From an uncultured Muribaculaceae bacterium (GTDB lineage Bacteria > Bacillota_I > Bacilli_A > RF39 > UBA660), in contig CAYSZU010000001.1 in assembly GCA_964435635.1 (NCBI GenBank), positions 450 to 64,449 of the forward strand: a stretch of 64,000 bases of DNA, written 5' to 3'. Numbering within the stretch: position 1 is the stretch's first letter; each line of letters opens with the position of its first letter. Below, in pieces: positions 1 through 11,481 of the stretch. The notes beneath the pieces were generated by a model that saw nothing but the letters and a program-made list of their open reading frames with translations, did no database searches and was not told the DNA's origin. The position numbers and the translations under genes are program-made.

Positions 1-358
1 GACAACCATTGTGTGGAATTGGTGTAACATCATTTATTGCTGTTATTTCTAGTCCGGCTGTTTGTAATGATCTTATTGCATTTTCACGTCCAGAGCCTAA
101 GCCAGTAACAAAAACTTCAACTCTAAGTACGCCATTTTCTTTAGCGGATTGAGCTGCCGCTTCGGCACTTAAACCAGCTGCAAAAGGAGTCTTCTTCTTT
201 GAGCCTTTATAGCCGATTGTTCCTGCTGAAGCCCAACTAATAACATTCCCGTCTTTATCTGTAATAGATACAACAGTATTGTTATAGGTTGAGTGAATAT
301 GAGCTTGCGCTTCCGGTATGTTTTTCTTAACTTTTCTTTTTCTTCTATTATATGCCAT
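1..358 (-). CDS. rpsK: 30S ribosomal protein S11 (C-terminal end runs off window start)
   Basis: Minus-strand translation begins [102 protein letters not shown], a typical S11. It follows rpsM in alpha-operon order. Confidence 0.9.
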   Translation of the reverse strand, partial: MAYNRRKRKVKKNIPEAQAHIHSTYNNTVVSITDKDGNVISWASAGTIGYKGSKKKTPFAAGLSAEAAAQSAKENGVLRVEVFVTGLGSGRENAIRSLQTAGLEITAINDVTPIPHNGC

Positions 359-369
359 AATCTAACCTC

Positions 370-744
370 CTATTTGCCTACTTTTTTCTTATTTGCCACA
401 ACTTTACCGCGACCTTTTCGCGTACGTGCATTTCTTGATGTACTTTGACCACGAACTGGTAACCTTTTTTTGTGTCTTACCCCTTGATAGCAGTTTATTT
501 CCATCTTGGTTTTAATGCTCATTTGAACATCACGACGAAGTTCGCCTTCAACAGTGTTTTTATCTACTTCAACACGAAGGGCAGTAATTTCATCGTTAGT
601 TAGGTCTTTAACTTTCTTATCTTGAGCAACTTTTGCTGCATCACAGATTTCGGCGGCTAAATTACGACCTATCCCGTAAATAGCTGTTAAACCAATAACA
701 ACGTGCTTTTCATTAGGTAATTCAATATTTTTAATACGAGCCAT
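370..744 (-). CDS. rpsM: 30S ribosomal protein S13
   Basis: 124 aa starting [27 protein letters not shown]; the position matches alpha-operon synteny. Confidence 0.93.
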   Translation of the reverse strand: MARIKNIELPNEKHVVIGLTAIYGIGRNLAAEICDAAKVAQDKKVKDLTNDEITALRVEVDKNTVEGELRRDVQMSIKTKMEINCYQGVRHKKRLPVRGQSTSRNARTRKGRGKVVANKKKVGK

Positions 745-756
745 TTCTTTCTCCTC

Positions 757-870
757 CTAGCCTTGAGTTTGTTTGTGCTTTGGATTTTCACAAATAACCA
801 TAACTTTTCCTTTTCTTTTAATTATCTTGCATTTTGCACAGATTTTTTTAACCGATGGTCTTACTTTCAT
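757..870 (-). CDS. rpmJ: 50S ribosomal protein L36 (zinc ribbon)
   Basis: The ORF track missed this 37-aa gene. My own translation is [37 protein letters not shown], with a C-x2-C...C-x4-H motif. It lies between infA and rpsM as in Bacillus. Confidence 0.88.
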   Translation of the reverse strand: MKVRPSVKKICAKCKIIKRKGKVMVICENPKHKQTQG

Positions 871-883
871 AATTTAACCTCCA

Positions 884-1102
884 TTATCTTTTGTTCCATG
901 TAATCCGCCCACGTGTTAAATCATAAGGCGATAGTTCAATGGTGACTGTGTCGCCTGGTAGAATACGAATCATATTAACGCGCATTTTACCAGAAACGTA
1001 GGCTTCTACAGTATAACCATTTGTTAATTGAACCATATAACCTCCGCCCTTAAGGACTTCAGTTACTTTGCCTTCAATTTCAATTTTTTCTTCTTTGGCC
1101 AT
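884..1102 (-). CDS. infA: translation initiation factor IF-1
   Basis: 72 aa with an S1-like fold; sequence runs [17 protein letters not shown]...RILPGDTV. Confidence 0.92.
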   Translation of the reverse strand: MAKEEKIEIEGKVTEVLKGGGYMVQLTNGYTVEAYVSGKMRVNMIRILPGDTVTIELSPYDLTRGRITWNKR

Positions 1103-1105
1103 TTA

Positions 1106-1852
1106 TCATTCTCCTGTCAAATTTAGATAACCATCTTTAGTCACTAGAACAGTGTGTTCAAAATGAGCTGACGGCTGATGATCAGCAGTTACAATAGTCC
1201 AATCATCATCTAACATATATATACTTTTTACCCCGAGATTTAACATTGGCTCTATTGCTAATGTCATCCCTGGTTTGAGTACTATTCCGGTGTTATATTT
1301 CCCATAATTTGGGATGTCAGGATCTTCATGTAATTCTTGGCCAACACCATGACCAACTAACTCTCTAACCACGCTCAAACGATGTTGCTTGGCATGTTTT
1401 TCAATTGCATAACTAACATTTCCTAGTTTAGCTCCAGCCCTCACCTCACTTAGCCCTTTATCAAGAGCTTTTTTCGTGTTTTCGATCAAATGCTGTTTAT
1501 CGCTACTGATCTCACCAACCCCGTAAGTATTAGCTGAATCAGAATGATATCCTTGATAGTTAATCCCAATATCAATTGAGATAATATCTCCGCTTTTTAA
1601 TTTTCGTTTTCCCGGAATACCATGAACAACTTCTTCGTTAATCGAGGTACATATTGAACCGGGATAACCATTATAATTTAAAAATGATGATTCACAATTG
1701 TTTTCTTTTATGAAGTCAGCCGCTATCTTGTTTAATTCGCCGGTCGTAACTCCTGGTTTAATTTTTGATTCAAGAAGGCGGTGACATAAATAATTAATAT
1801 GTCCCGCTTTCTTCATTAAATCAATTTCTTTATCACTTTTAATGATAATCAT
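1106..1852 (-). CDS. map: type I methionine aminopeptidase
   Basis: 248 aa with MetAP metal-binding motifs; secY-adk-map-infA synteny. Confidence 0.9.
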   Translation of the reverse strand: MIIIKSDKEIDLMKKAGHINYLCHRLLESKIKPGVTTGELNKIAADFIKENNCESSFLNYNGYPGSICTSINEEVVHGIPGKRKLKSGDIISIDIGINYQGYHSDSANTYGVGEISSDKQHLIENTKKALDKGLSEVRAGAKLGNVSYAIEKHAKQHRLSVVRELVGHGVGQELHEDPDIPNYGKYNTGIVLKPGMTLAIEPMLNLGVKSIYMLDDDWTIVTADHQPSAHFEHTVLVTKDGYLNLTGE

Positions 1853-2512
1853 TTATTGATCACTACTTAGGATCTGTTCGATCTTTTTGAAGATCTCAGG
1901 TGCTTCAGCATCAACTTTAACGTCATATAGTTTACCAAGATTACGATAATATTCTAATACTGGTTCACAATTTTTAGCCATTGTTTCAAACCTAGTTTTA
2001 AATGTCTCTTCATTATCATCGCTTCTTTGAACAACCAAACTACCACAACTATCACAAATGCCTTCTATTTTAGGTTTAAAAGCTTCAAAGTAGATGTTAT
2101 AATTAGCACCACAATTTGAGCAGCCTCTTCTACCTAAAGTTCTTTGCATTGCTAGTTCATATTCTATGTCTAAATAAATAACAATATAATCAGCTCCGCC
2201 AATTTCTTCTAACATTGCAGTTAAAATCTCAGCCTGCTTGATTGTTCTTGGATATCCATCAAGAATATAACCGTTTGTGATATCAGGTTTTAATAAGCGA
2301 TCCTTTAATAAATCAACAACGATTTCGTCTGGAACTAAAATCCCCTTATCTTGGTATTCAATAATAGTTTTAGCTCGCTCAGAGCCTTCGCTCCTTACGT
2401 CTCGCAATAAGTCTCCGGTTGAAATATGCGTATAGCCATATTTTTCAACTAGTTTTTCACTTTGCGTTCCTTTTCCTGCTGCTGGTGGAGCAACAAATAT
2501 TATATTTTTCAT
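1853..2512 (-). CDS. adk: adenylate kinase
   Basis: P-loop GxPGAGKGTQ and a zinc-lid segment CxxC...CxxC. Confidence 0.92.
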   Translation of the reverse strand: MKNIIFVAPPAAGKGTQSEKLVEKYGYTHISTGDLLRDVRSEGSERAKTIIEYQDKGILVPDEIVVDLLKDRLLKPDITNGYILDGYPRTIKQAEILTAMLEEIGGADYIVIYLDIEYELAMQRTLGRRGCSNCGANYNIYFEAFKPKIEGICDSCGSLVVQRSDDNEETFKTRFETMAKNCEPVLEYYRNLGKLYDVKVDAEAPEIFKKIEQILSSDQ

Positions 2513-3768
2513 GTTCTCAATCCCCTTCTATGGTTTCTACTTACTAAACTACTTTCAATTTGTTTATATGTTTCAATTGCAACCCCAACAACAATTAACA
2601 GTCCTGTTCCTCCGATTGTCACTTGACTAGAAAGACTAAATATCTTCGAAAAGATAATTGGCAATCCCGCAACGACGACTAGAAACAAGGCTCCAATAAT
2701 AGTTAGTTTACCAATTGAATTTGATAAGTAATCGGTTGTTTCTTTTCCTGGTCTTACTCCCGGAATATAAGCTCCGCTTTTATTCAAGTTTTTTGACATA
2801 TCTTCTGGGTTCATTTGTAAGAAAGTATAAAAATATGCAAAGAACATTATCAGAATAATATATAGAATAAAACCGGTATTTGAAGTATACATAATATACT
2901 TATTAACAAAATCAACGGCGCTTTGGTTTTTTAAAAATTGGACAATTGTCACCGGAATTGTAATTAATGTTGAAGCGAAGATGACAGGTATTACTCCGGC
3001 GGAGTTCAATTTAATTGGTAGAAAGTTTTGTCTTCCTCCATAAGCACTATTGGTTCGATTAGAATATTGAATTGGAATTCTTCTTTCAGCCAACTGAATC
3101 CATATTATCCCAACAATAATTGCTAGGTAAACAAGAATGAAGAGAGTGTAGAAGATGCTTCCGATTGTAGCGCTAAAAATTGTTCCTTTTACTAAGGTAT
3201 CAAACGCTACTACAAAGATGGTTGGCATTGATTTTATAATCCCCGCCATAATTAGTAATGACATTCCATTACCAATTCCCTTACTTGTTATTTGATCTCC
3301 TAACCATAATAGGAAAGCCGTACCGGCTGTTATTACTAAAGTTGTCTTTAGAATAACAATCACATCGGTTGAACCTAAATATGCAATTGAGAACACATAA
3401 CCTTGAATGAAAGCAAATAATATTCCTAAGTAACGATTAATCTTGTTGATTTTTTGCTGTCCAGTATAACCTTGTTCTTTTAAATCTTTAAAATATGGAA
3501 TGATATCCATTTGAAGTAACTGAGTAATAATCGAAGCAGTAATATATGGTGTTACTCCTAAAGCAAAGATGGAAAAGTTTTGTAAACCGCCACCTGACAT
3601 TAAATTGAATATTTCTAGAAAACCTAGTTCTTCATAAACAACTGAAGCCCAAGGAACCGTAATATTACAACCTAGAATAAAGATGGCTAAACACATTAAG
3701 GTAAAATAGATTCTTTTCCTTAAGTCTTTATTAGATGGGCTAATTAGTTGTTTAAGTTTCCCAAACAT
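2509..3768 (-). CDS. secY: preprotein translocase subunit SecY
   Basis: 419-aa multipass membrane protein sitting between rplO and adk. Confidence 0.92.
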   Translation of the reverse strand: MFGKLKQLISPSNKDLRKRIYFTLMCLAIFILGCNITVPWASVVYEELGFLEIFNLMSGGGLQNFSIFALGVTPYITASIITQLLQMDIIPYFKDLKEQGYTGQQKINKINRYLGILFAFIQGYVFSIAYLGSTDVIVILKTTLVITAGTAFLLWLGDQITSKGIGNGMSLLIMAGIIKSMPTIFVVAFDTLVKGTIFSATIGSIFYTLFILVYLAIIVGIIWIQLAERRIPIQYSNRTNSAYGGRQNFLPIKLNSAGVIPVIFASTLITIPVTIVQFLKNQSAVDFVNKYIMYTSNTGFILYIILIMFFAYFYTFLQMNPEDMSKNLNKSGAYIPGVRPGKETTDYLSNSIGKLTIIGALFLVVVAGLPIIFSKIFSLSSQVTIGGTGLLIVVGVAIETYKQIESSLVSRNHRRGLRT

Positions 3769-4212
3769 CTAAATCACCTCAGCTTTTCCGCCAGCACTTT
3801 CAATTTTAGTTACAGCAGCGGTTGAAAATCTCTGCGCTTTGATGGTTAATTTTTTTTCTAAATTACCAGTTGCTAAGACTTTTACCCCATTTAACTGCTT
3901 TTTAATTATTCCATTTTCTTTTAATAATTCCGGAGTAACTACGTCTCCGTCTTTAAAATATTTATTTAAATCATTTAGGTTTATTGTTGCATATCTAATG
4001 GTGAAACGAGCGTTATTAAAACCTCTTTTAGGAAGACGGCGATACAAAGGAGATTGCCCACCTTGAAACCAAGCTGGAATACTTGATCCACTACGAGCTT
4101 TTTGTCCTTTTTCTCCTCTAGTTGATGTTTTTCCCATGCCACTTCCGGTACCACGACCAACTCTTTTTCGAGCTTTAGCTTCTGGAGATTTTTCCAATAA
4201 GTTTAATTTCAT
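3769..4212 (-). CDS. rplO: 50S ribosomal protein L15
   Basis: The ORF extends to 4251, but the ATG at 4212 (MKLNLLEKSPEAK...) has a GAGGAG RBS and gives a normal 147-aa L15. It lies 1 nt after the rpsE stop. Confidence 0.85.
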   Translation of the reverse strand: MKLNLLEKSPEAKARKRVGRGTGSGMGKTSTRGEKGQKARSGSSIPAWFQGGQSPLYRRLPKRGFNNARFTIRYATINLNDLNKYFKDGDVVTPELLKENGIIKKQLNGVKVLATGNLEKKLTIKAQRFSTAAVTKIESAGGKAEVI

Positions 4213-4213
4213 C

Positions 4214-4717
4214 TTATAACTCCTCAACTTTCTTTCCGCGTAGAGCAGCAATTCTTGTTGCTGTTCTTTGCATTCTAAGAGTTTCTAATGTTGCTTTTGC
4301 AACATTAATTTTAGTGTTTGATCCTAGGGATTTAGATACTATATCTTTAATCCCGGCTAACTCAAGAACAGCTCGAGCAGCGCCACCGGCTATAACTCCT
4401 GTACCTTCTTTAGCTGGTTTAATCAATACTTCTGAACGTCCTACTTTAGCTTTTGCTTCGTGTGGAATTGTTCTATTATCAATTAAAGCGACTTTTGAAA
4501 CGTTTTTATTAGCGCTTTGAATCGCCTTCTTAATCGCTTCTGGTACTTCGTTTGCTTTGCCCGTTCCTATCCCAACTAAACCCTTGCGATTTCCTACAAC
4601 AACAGTTGCTGAAAATCTAAAATGACGGCCTCCCTTAGTTACTTTGGTAACGCGACTAATTGAGACAACTTTTTCTTCAAGTAATTTTTTCTTAGGATCC
4701 ATTTCCTGTTTCTGCAT
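4214..4717 (-). CDS. rpsE: 30S ribosomal protein S5
   Basis: 167 aa with the dsRBD + S5 C-terminal fold. Confidence 0.92.
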   Translation of the reverse strand: MQKQEMDPKKKLLEEKVVSISRVTKVTKGGRHFRFSATVVVGNRKGLVGIGTGKANEVPEAIKKAIQSANKNVSKVALIDNRTIPHEAKAKVGRSEVLIKPAKEGTGVIAGGAARAVLELAGIKDIVSKSLGSNTKINVAKATLETLRMQRTATRIAALRGKKVEEL

Positions 4718-4732
4718 ATGTTTACCTCCCTC

Positions 4733-5089
4733 TTAGAATTCTAGGCCGTTTTTACGAGCAGCATCAGCTAATGCTTTAACTCGTCCGTGATAAAGGTATC
4801 CACCTCTATCAAAAACGACTTTTTTAATTTTGCTAGCTTTTGCTTTAGCGGCAATATCTTTACCTACAACAGCTGCTCCTTCAACGTTTCCACCATTTTT
4901 AATTTTTAATTCAACTGACGAAGAGCTCACTAAGGTAACTCCTTTTACATCGTCAATTATTTGCGCAAATATTTGATTATTTGATCTAAAAACATTTAAT
5001 CTAGGACATTCAGCAATTCCACTTATTTTTGCGCGAATTCTTTTATGTCTTAATTTGCGTGTATCATTTTTTGATTCTTTTTTTATCAT
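4733..5089 (-). CDS. rplR: 50S ribosomal protein L18
   Basis: 118 aa; spc operon order. Confidence 0.9.
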   Translation of the reverse strand: MIKKESKNDTRKLRHKRIRAKISGIAECPRLNVFRSNNQIFAQIIDDVKGVTLVSSSSVELKIKNGGNVEGAAVVGKDIAAKAKASKIKKVVFDRGGYLYHGRVKALADAARKNGLEF

Positions 5090-5110
5090 ACTCTTGACTC
5101 CTTTACCTTA

Positions 5111-5647
5111 TTAAGCTGCTTTCTTTCCTTCTTTACGACGAATATGTTCATCTTTATAACGAATACCTTTACCTTTATAAGGCTCTGGTTGACGTATTTT
5201 ACGAACATTAGCCGCAAATTCAGATACTTTTTGTTTATCTATTCCAAAAATAGATATTTCTGTGTTACTAATTGATTCAACTTTCAAATCACTAGGAACA
5301 ATTACTTCAACGGGGTGTGAAAAACCAGCACTAATAGTGATTTTTGATCCCGTTACAATAAACTTATACCCAACCCCAACTGCTTCAAGATTTTTTGAGT
5401 AACCAACGGTTACGCCAATAATCATGTTGTTAATTAACGAGTTAGTTGTTCCGTGTAATTGTTTTGCTTGTTTCGTTTCATTGATTCTAGTAGTAAAAAT
5501 TTTTCCTTCTTTTTCCTCAACTTCAACTAACTCACGATAGTTAAATGTTAATTCTCCTTTTGGGCCTTTAACAATAACTGTTGGTTTATTAATTGTAACT
5601 GTTACTCCTTCTGGAATAACTAATTCTCTTTTTCCAATTCTACTCAT
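5111..5647 (-). CDS. rplF: 50S ribosomal protein L6
   Basis: 178 aa starting MSRIGKRELVIPEGVTV. Confidence 0.92.
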   Translation of the reverse strand: MSRIGKRELVIPEGVTVTINKPTVIVKGPKGELTFNYRELVEVEEKEGKIFTTRINETKQAKQLHGTTNSLINNMIIGVTVGYSKNLEAVGVGYKFIVTGSKITISAGFSHPVEVIVPSDLKVESISNTEISIFGIDKQKVSEFAANVRKIRQPEPYKGKGIRYKDEHIRRKEGKKAA

Positions 5648-5659
5648 TAGCTTTTTTCC

Positions 5660-6055
5660 TTACCAAATATAGGCAAGTACTTCTCCTCCTAGGCCTGCTT
5701 CACGAGCCTCTTTATCGGTCATTAAACCTTTTGAAGTTGAAATGATAGCAATTCCCAGTCCGTTAAGAACACGAGGAATTTCATCACTTTTGGCATAAAC
5801 TCGAAGTCCTGATTTACTAATTCTTCTTAACCCGATAATAACTCTTTCTTTTTTCTCACCATATTTTAGTGTTAAAGTTAATCTATCACCAGTCGTATTC
5901 TTAGTATATTCAAAATCTGCTATATAACCTTCGCGCTTTAGTATTTCAGCAATACCTAAAGTCATTTTTGAACCCAATACTTCAACCTTTTCATATTTCA
6001 TTTGATTCGAATTACGAATCCTTGTTAGCATATCTGCTATTATATCTCCAACCAT
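5660..6055 (-). CDS. rpsH: 30S ribosomal protein S8
   Basis: 131 aa ending ...GGEVLAYIW. Confidence 0.92.
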   Translation of the reverse strand: MVGDIIADMLTRIRNSNQMKYEKVEVLGSKMTLGIAEILKREGYIADFEYTKNTTGDRLTLTLKYGEKKERVIIGLRRISKSGLRVYAKSDEIPRVLNGLGIAIISTSKGLMTDKEAREAGLGGEVLAYIW

Positions 6056-6074
6056 AATTTAAACTCCTCCTTTC

Positions 6075-6260
6075 TTACCAACTAGATTTTTTCACGCCAG
6101 GTATTTGACCTTTATTTGCTAATTCTCTAAAGCAAATACGGCATAATTTAAACTTGCGAAGTACGCCATGAGGACGTCCACATCTTTCGCAACGAGTATA
6201 TGCTCTAGTCTGAAACTTTGGCGTTCTTTGTTGTTTAACAACCATACTTTTCTTTGCCAT
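6075..6260 (-). CDS. rpsN: 30S ribosomal protein S14 type Z (zinc-binding)
   Basis: 61 aa with [20 protein letters not shown], a C4 zinc ribbon. Confidence 0.92.
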   Translation of the reverse strand: MAKKSMVVKQQRTPKFQTRAYTRCERCGRPHGVLRKFKLCRICFRELANKGQIPGVKKSSW

Positions 6261-6278
6261 AAAATATTTCCTCCTCTA

Positions 6279-6818
6279 CTACTTCTTGAAAGGCATTTTA
6301 AATGCGCTCAATAAGCTTAATGCCTCTTCATTTGTTTTAGCGGTAGTTACAAAAATAATATCCATTCCTCTGATTTTTAAAACACTATCGTATTCTATCT
6401 CAGGGAATATCAATTGTTCTTTAATTCCTAAAGTGTAATTACCCTTACCGTCAAAAGATGTTTTTGGAATTCCTCTAAAATCTCTTACTCTAGGAAGAGC
6501 AACACGAACAAGTTTTTCCATAAAGTTATACATGTTTTCTCCACGTAGGGTAACTTTAGTTCCAATTAATTGTCCTTCTCTTAGTTTAAATCCAGCTATT
6601 GACTTACGAGCTTTGTTAACAACTGGTTTTTGACCAGAAATTATTTCTAAATCTTTAACTGCAGCCTCGATGAATTTTGAATCATGCGAAGCTTCACCAA
6701 CACCCATATTTATTACTATTTTATCTAGTTTTGGTACTTCTGTGATTGAACTATATTTAAATTCTTTCATCATTTTACCAACGATTTCTTTGTTATAAAG
6801 TTCTTTAAAATTACTCAT
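6279..6818 (-). CDS. rplE: 50S ribosomal protein L5
   Basis: 179 aa. Confidence 0.92.
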   Translation of the reverse strand: MSNFKELYNKEIVGKMMKEFKYSSITEVPKLDKIVINMGVGEASHDSKFIEAAVKDLEIISGQKPVVNKARKSIAGFKLREGQLIGTKVTLRGENMYNFMEKLVRVALPRVRDFRGIPKTSFDGKGNYTLGIKEQLIFPEIEYDSVLKIRGMDIIFVTTAKTNEEALSLLSAFKMPFKK

Positions 6819-6829
6819 TCACATCACCC

Positions 6830-7141
6830 CTAACTAACTTTCTTTTCGGTTTTTTTAGCTACTGGTTTTTTAACAACCTTTGGTGCTTTTTCAACCTTCG
6901 CTTTTTTTTCTGGTTTAGTAGCATTTGCTATTACTTTAACGTTTGATGCATGAATTGGGGTTTCAATATCAAAGATACCTCCCTTTTCATTTGTGTTATT
7001 CGGCTTAGAATGCTTTTTCGCCATATTTAATCCTTCAATTAGAACCTTATTAATATCTCTAAAAGTTTTAACTACTTTTCCTTCTTTGCCTTTGTCTTTT
7101 CCAACAAGTATTTTAACTTGATCGCCAACTTTTATTTTCAT
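6830..7141 (-). CDS. rplX: 50S ribosomal protein L24
   Basis: 103 aa with a KOW motif and a lysine-rich tail. Confidence 0.9.
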   Translation of the reverse strand: MKIKVGDQVKILVGKDKGKEGKVVKTFRDINKVLIEGLNMAKKHSKPNNTNEKGGIFDIETPIHASNVKVIANATKPEKKAKVEKAPKVVKKPVAKKTEKKVS

Positions 7142-7149
7142 AAGACCTC

Positions 7150-7518
7150 CTATAACACTTCATTAGCTAAAGAAATAATTTTCATAAAATCTTTATCACG
7201 TAATTCTCTGGCCACTGGCCCTAATACTCTTGATCCAAGAGGACTTTTGTCTTCTTTGATTAAAACACAAGCATTATCATCGAATTTAATAAATGATCCG
7301 TCTTTTCTTCTCGCTCCTGAAACAGTTCTAACAATAACTGCTTTTACTACTTTACCTTTTTTTATATTGCTATTCGGAATAGCTTTTTTTACTGTTCCCA
7401 CAACGATATCACCGATATTGCCACTTTTAACAGTTGATCCACCTAATACTCTGATAACAAGTAATTCTCTTGCGCCAGAATTATCGGCAACTTTAAGTCT
7501 TGATTCTTGCATTACCAT
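7150..7518 (-). CDS. rplN: 50S ribosomal protein L14
   Basis: 122 aa. Confidence 0.93.
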   Translation of the reverse strand: MVMQESRLKVADNSGARELLVIRVLGGSTVKSGNIGDIVVGTVKKAIPNSNIKKGKVVKAVIVRTVSGARRKDGSFIKFDDNACVLIKEDKSPLGSRVLGPVARELRDKDFMKIISLANEVL

Positions 7519-7529
7519 AATGATACCTC

Positions 7530-7790
7530 CTAAAGGATTACAGCTTCGACAATTACTTCGATTAATTCAAAATGTTTAGATTTTGATAATGGTCTAGTAC
7601 TTGCAATTTTAACTGTATCTCCCTCTTTTGCTTTATTCATTTCATCGTGAGCTGCATACTTCTTTGAGTATTTTACTCTTTTGCCATAAAGACGACTTTT
7701 TCGATATGTTTCAACTAAAACAGATATCGTTTTGTCAGCTTTAGCGCTAACTACTTTTCCGATTAATTCCTGTCTCTTGGTTTCAGCCAT
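7530..7790 (-). CDS. rpsQ: 30S ribosomal protein S17
   Basis: 86 aa. Confidence 0.92.
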   Translation of the reverse strand: MAETKRQELIGKVVSAKADKTISVLVETYRKSRLYGKRVKYSKKYAAHDEMNKAKEGDTVKIASTRPLSKSKHFELIEVIVEAVIL

Positions 7791-8008
7791 TATTGATCGC
7801 CTCCATTTTCTAATTCTCTTTCACGAATAATTGTTTTCATTCTTGCGACATCTTTACGTAATTCGCGCATTCTTGATGGCTTTTCTAGTTGCCCGGCCGC
7901 TTGTTTTAATCTTAAATCAAACAATTCTTTTTTAGATTCTGTAATTTTCTTATTTAGATCTTCAATTGTGAGAGATCTTAATTCTTTAATTTTCATTTGC
8001 GTCACCAC
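7790..8008 (-). CDS. rpmC: 50S ribosomal protein L29
   Basis: 72 aa. Confidence 0.88.
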   Translation of the reverse strand: MVTQMKIKELRSLTIEDLNKKITESKKELFDLRLKQAAGQLEKPSRMRELRKDVARMKTIIRERELENGGDQ

Positions 8009-8417
8009 TTTGTTCTTTCGTTACGAATTTACATTTGATTGGTAATTTATGTTGGGCTAAACGAAGTGCTTCACGAGCTATTTCTTCAGTAACGCCACCA
8101 ATTTCAAACATAATCTTCCCTGTTTTAACAACTGCAACCCACTCTTCAATACTTCCTTTTCCTTTTCCTTGACGCGTTTCTAAAGGCTTCTTAGTTAAGG
8201 GTAGGTGAGGGAAAATGTTTATCCAAACTTTTCCACCACGTTTCATATAACGAGTCATCGCAATACGAGCCGCTTCTATTTGACGAGCACTTATCCAAGC
8301 GCCCTCTTTGGCTTGCAAACCATATTCGCCAAAATGTAATTCGGTATTTCCCCTGGCGTGTCCGTCATACGAAACGCGATGAGATTTACGATATTTAGTT
8401 CGCTTCGGAATTAACAT
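7986..8417 (-). CDS. rplP: 50S ribosomal protein L16
   Basis: The true start is the ATG at 8417 ([11 protein letters not shown]...). It is preceded by AAAGGAGAGG and overlaps the rpsC 3' end by 23 nt. The ORF-track extension to 8531 is out-of-frame S3 coding. Confidence 0.85.
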   Translation of the reverse strand: MLIPKRTKYRKSHRVSYDGHARGNTELHFGEYGLQAKEGAWISARQIEAARIAMTRYMKRGGKVWINIFPHLPLTKKPLETRQGKGKGSIEEWVAVVKTGKIMFEIGGVTEEIAREALRLAQHKLPIKCKFVTKEQSGDANEN

Positions 8418-9075
8418 CCTTAACCTCTCCTTTCGATTGCTTTTTGGCAGGAAGAATTTCTCCTTTATAGATCCATACTTTAACGCCAATTTTTCCATAA
8501 GTTGTATTTGCTTCAGAATGAGCATAATCAATGTCCGCTCTTAGGGTGTGCAGTGGAACAGTTCCTTCGGTATAATGTTGAGAACGAGCCATTTCAGCGC
8601 CGCCTAAACGACCAGCTACAAGAGTTTTCACTCCCTTAGCACCAGCTTTCATTGTATTTCTAATTGCTCTTTTTTGAGCACCACGAAATGGTGCGCGGTT
8701 AGAAATTTGAGCAGCGATATTATCAGCTACTAATTTAGCATTTAAATCAGGGTTTTTAACTTCAACGATTGAAATATATATTTCTTCGCTAACTAATTTC
8801 TTTAGAGCGTTTCTAAGCTTTTCGATGTCTTCACCACCACGGCCAATGATTACTCCTGGCTTAGCAGTAATAATTTTAACGTCTGTTCTTTTTTTATTAC
8901 GTTCAATAATAACTGAGGCAATAGCAGCGTCTTTTAATTTATTAGCAATAAATTTACGGATTTTTATATCTTTATTTAATAAAGTACCAAAATCTTTATT
9001 TGATGCGAACCACTTTGATTCCCAATCTTTAGTTATTCCTAATCTAAATCCAATTGGATTTACTTTTTGTCCCAT
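8395..9075 (-). CDS. rpsC: 30S ribosomal protein S3
   Basis: 226 aa with a KH domain. Confidence 0.92.
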   Translation of the reverse strand: MGQKVNPIGFRLGITKDWESKWFASNKDFGTLLNKDIKIRKFIANKLKDAAIASVIIERNKKRTDVKIITAKPGVIIGRGGEDIEKLRNALKKLVSEEIYISIVEVKNPDLNAKLVADNIAAQISNRAPFRGAQKRAIRNTMKAGAKGVKTLVAGRLGGAEMARSQHYTEGTVPLHTLRADIDYAHSEANTTYGKIGVKVWIYKGEILPAKKQSKGEVKDVNSEAN

Positions 9076-9420
9076 TTATTTTGCCTCCTTTAAGTCAGTA
9101 ACTTTTATTGTTATATGACTTGTTCTTTTATCTCTTCGGTCAACTTTTGTTCGACTGCCGAATTTAACTCTTTTATAAATAGGCCCCGGATTAATAAAGC
9201 ATTCAGAGATGATTAAATCTTGTTCCTTAGCGCCATTATTATTTACCGCGTTAGCAACTGCAGAGTTTAATACTTTTATAATTAAACGACTTCCTTTGGT
9301 ATTAGTATTTTCTAAAATACCTTGAGCTACCTTAATACTTTTACCTCTTACTAAATCAAGAGTCATTCTCGCTTTACGAGGAGCTATCATTGCACTTTTA
9401 TGTATTGCATATGCTTCCAT
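9076..9420 (-). CDS. rplV: 50S ribosomal protein L22
   Basis: 114 aa. Confidence 0.92.
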   Translation of the reverse strand: MEAYAIHKSAMIAPRKARMTLDLVRGKSIKVAQGILENTNTKGSRLIIKVLNSAVANAVNNNGAKEQDLIISECFINPGPIYKRVKFGSRTKVDRRDKRTSHITIKVTDLKEAK

Positions 9421-9436
9421 TATTTATTCTCCCCTC

Positions 9437-9700
9437 CTACTTTTTGCCAGCATGTCCGCCGAATTTACGAGTTAACGCAAACTCACCAAGTTTATGACCA
9501 ACCATATCTTCTGTAATGTATACCGGAATAAATTCCTTACCATTATGAATAGCGATTGTATGGCCGATAAAATCAGGATAGATTGTTGAACGGCGTGACC
9601 AAGTTTTTGTAACTTCTTTTTTTTCGTTTTTATTTAAGGTTTGGATCTTTTTTAATAGTCTATCAAAGACATAAGGTCCTTTTTTAATACTTTTTGCCAT
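9437..9700 (-). CDS. rpsS: 30S ribosomal protein S19
   Basis: 87 aa. Confidence 0.93.
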   Translation of the reverse strand: MAKSIKKGPYVFDRLLKKIQTLNKNEKKEVTKTWSRRSTIYPDFIGHTIAIHNGKEFIPVYITEDMVGHKLGEFALTRKFGGHAGKK

Positions 9701-9711
9701 CTTATTCCCTC

Positions 9712-10545
9712 CTATTTTTTCTTTTTACGGCTTATTATTAACTTGCCGGATGCTTTCTTTTTGTTTCTTGTCTTATAGCCAAGCGCCGGTTTACCCCAAG
9801 GAGTAACTGGTGCCTTACGGCCAATTGGTGCTCTTCCTTCACCACCACCATGTGGATGGTCATTTGGATTCATAACTGAACCACGAACCGTTGGTTTAAT
9901 TCCCATGTGACGTTTACGACCTGCTTTACCAAGATTTATTAATTCGTAGTCTTCATTACCAACAGATCCGATAGTTGCCATACAAGTTCCGAGAACATTT
10001 CTTGTTTCTCCCGACTGTAATCTTAACATAACGTATTTACCTTCTCGGCCAAGTATTTGGGCACTAGTTCCAGCACTTCGAGCAATCTCTGCTCCTTTGC
10101 CTGGTTTTAGTTCAATACAATGAACGTTGGTTCCTACTGGAATATTCTTAAGTGGTAACGCGTTACCTACCTTAATATCAGCTTTTTCTCCGTTTCCAAT
10201 AATCATGCCCACTTTTAAATCTTTGGGAGCAATAATATATTTCTTTTCACCATCACGGTAATAAACAAGAGCGATATTTGCATTACGATTTGGATCGTAT
10301 TCAATTGTCATAACTTTGCCAGTTACATCAAGTTTATTTCTTTTAAAATCAATTAGCCGATATTTTCTTTTTACCCCGCCACCGATATGTCTAACTGTCA
10401 ATTTCCCTTGGTTATTTCGACCACCACTTTTGTTTTTAGCAACTAAAAGCTTTTTTTCAGGAACTGATGAAGTTATTTCTTCGTTGACTAGCGTAGTCAT
10501 ATCTCGACGGCCATTAGTCGTCGGCTTATATTTCTTTATTGCCAT
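9712..10545 (-). CDS. rplB: 50S ribosomal protein L2
   Basis: 277 aa. Confidence 0.94.
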   Translation of the reverse strand: MAIKKYKPTTNGRRDMTTLVNEEITSSVPEKKLLVAKNKSGGRNNQGKLTVRHIGGGVKRKYRLIDFKRNKLDVTGKVMTIEYDPNRNANIALVYYRDGEKKYIIAPKDLKVGMIIGNGEKADIKVGNALPLKNIPVGTNVHCIELKPGKGAEIARSAGTSAQILGREGKYVMLRLQSGETRNVLGTCMATIGSVGNEDYELINLGKAGRKRHMGIKPTVRGSVMNPNDHPHGGGEGRAPIGRKAPVTPWGKPALGYKTRNKKKASGKLIISRKKKK

Positions 10546-10555
10546 AATATCACTC

Positions 10556-10831
10556 CTATAAATCTATACTTTCGCCATCTTTAAGCGCGACGATTGCTTT
10601 TTTATATGTTTTAGTTTTTCCTGTATATTTACCAACTTTTTTATCTTTAGGTTTTGTATTCAACGTTCTTACATCTTCAACCTTAACGCTAAAAGCCGCT
10701 TCAATTGCTTTCTTAATCTCAATTTTATTAGCAGACTTAGCAACTTTAAAAGTGTAAACGTTATTCTTTGATGCTTGAGCTGATTTTTCGGTAATAACAG
10801 GAGCAATAATAATATCTGTATAATCTTTCAT
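10556..10831 (-). CDS. rplW: 50S ribosomal protein L23
   Basis: 91 aa. Confidence 0.9.
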   Translation of the reverse strand: MKDYTDIIIAPVITEKSAQASKNNVYTFKVAKSANKIEIKKAIEAAFSVKVEDVRTLNTKPKDKKVGKYTGKTKTYKKAIVALKDGESIDL

Positions 10832-11454
10832 TATTTAAGCGCCTCCTCTATTGCTTCAATAGCAGCTTCATCACAAACTAAAGTATCAGAATTAACAATG
10901 TCGTAAACATTTATTTCGTTTGCTAAAATTACATAAGCGTTATCAGTATTTCTTGTAGCCATAAATAAATTTTCATTATCTTCAGCAGTTACAAATAATA
11001 CCTTTCCTTTTAAGTTCAACACATTATATACTTCAATAAAATCTTTTGTCTTTAATGTCGGTAAATTAAGGTTGTCTATAACAACTAATTCTTTATCGTT
11101 AGTCTTATGCGTTAAAGCGCTTTTTAATGCTAGCATTCTTTCTTTTTTATTAATTTTAAAACTATAGCTTCGTGGGGTTACACCAAAAGCAACACCACCA
11201 CCGCGCCATTGCACAGCACGAATTGAACCTTGACGAGCACGACCAGTACCTTTTTGTTTCCAAGGTTTTTTTCCCCCGCCTGAAACCTCAGCACGAGTTT
11301 TTGTTTTCGCTGTTCCTTGTCTTGTTGCAGCCAGTTGTAAATCAATCGCTTTTTTTAAAACAATATCATTTACATCAATATTCCAAACAGTATCATTTAA
11401 TGTTAAGTCTTTAATAGTTTCATTTTTTAAATTTTTAACTCTTATTTTTGTCAT
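10831..11454 (-). CDS. rplD: 50S ribosomal protein L4
   Basis: 207 aa. Confidence 0.92.
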   Translation of the reverse strand: MTKIRVKNLKNETIKDLTLNDTVWNIDVNDIVLKKAIDLQLAATRQGTAKTKTRAEVSGGGKKPWKQKGTGRARQGSIRAVQWRGGGVAFGVTPRSYSFKINKKERMLALKSALTHKTNDKELVVIDNLNLPTLKTKDFIEVYNVLNLKGKVLFVTAEDNENLFMATRNTDNAYVILANEINVYDIVNSDTLVCDEAAIEAIEEALK

Positions 11455-11481
11455 CTTAAATCACCTTTCTAAGCGAAGCAA

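Noticed and set aside
7118-7579. 153-aa plus-strand ORF antisense to rplN/rplX. Similar antisense ORFs occur at 3839-4066, 4314-4520, 8825-9118, 10316-10561, 11172-11414, 12365-12619, 15685-15870, 17482-17709, 17890-18093, 49722-50108, 53646-54050, 57762-58205.
   Set aside because: All lie fully inside highly conserved, strongly supported minus-strand genes. They have low-complexity hydrophobic or Ser/Leu-rich translations, no RBS and no homolog-like features. They are shadow ORFs.
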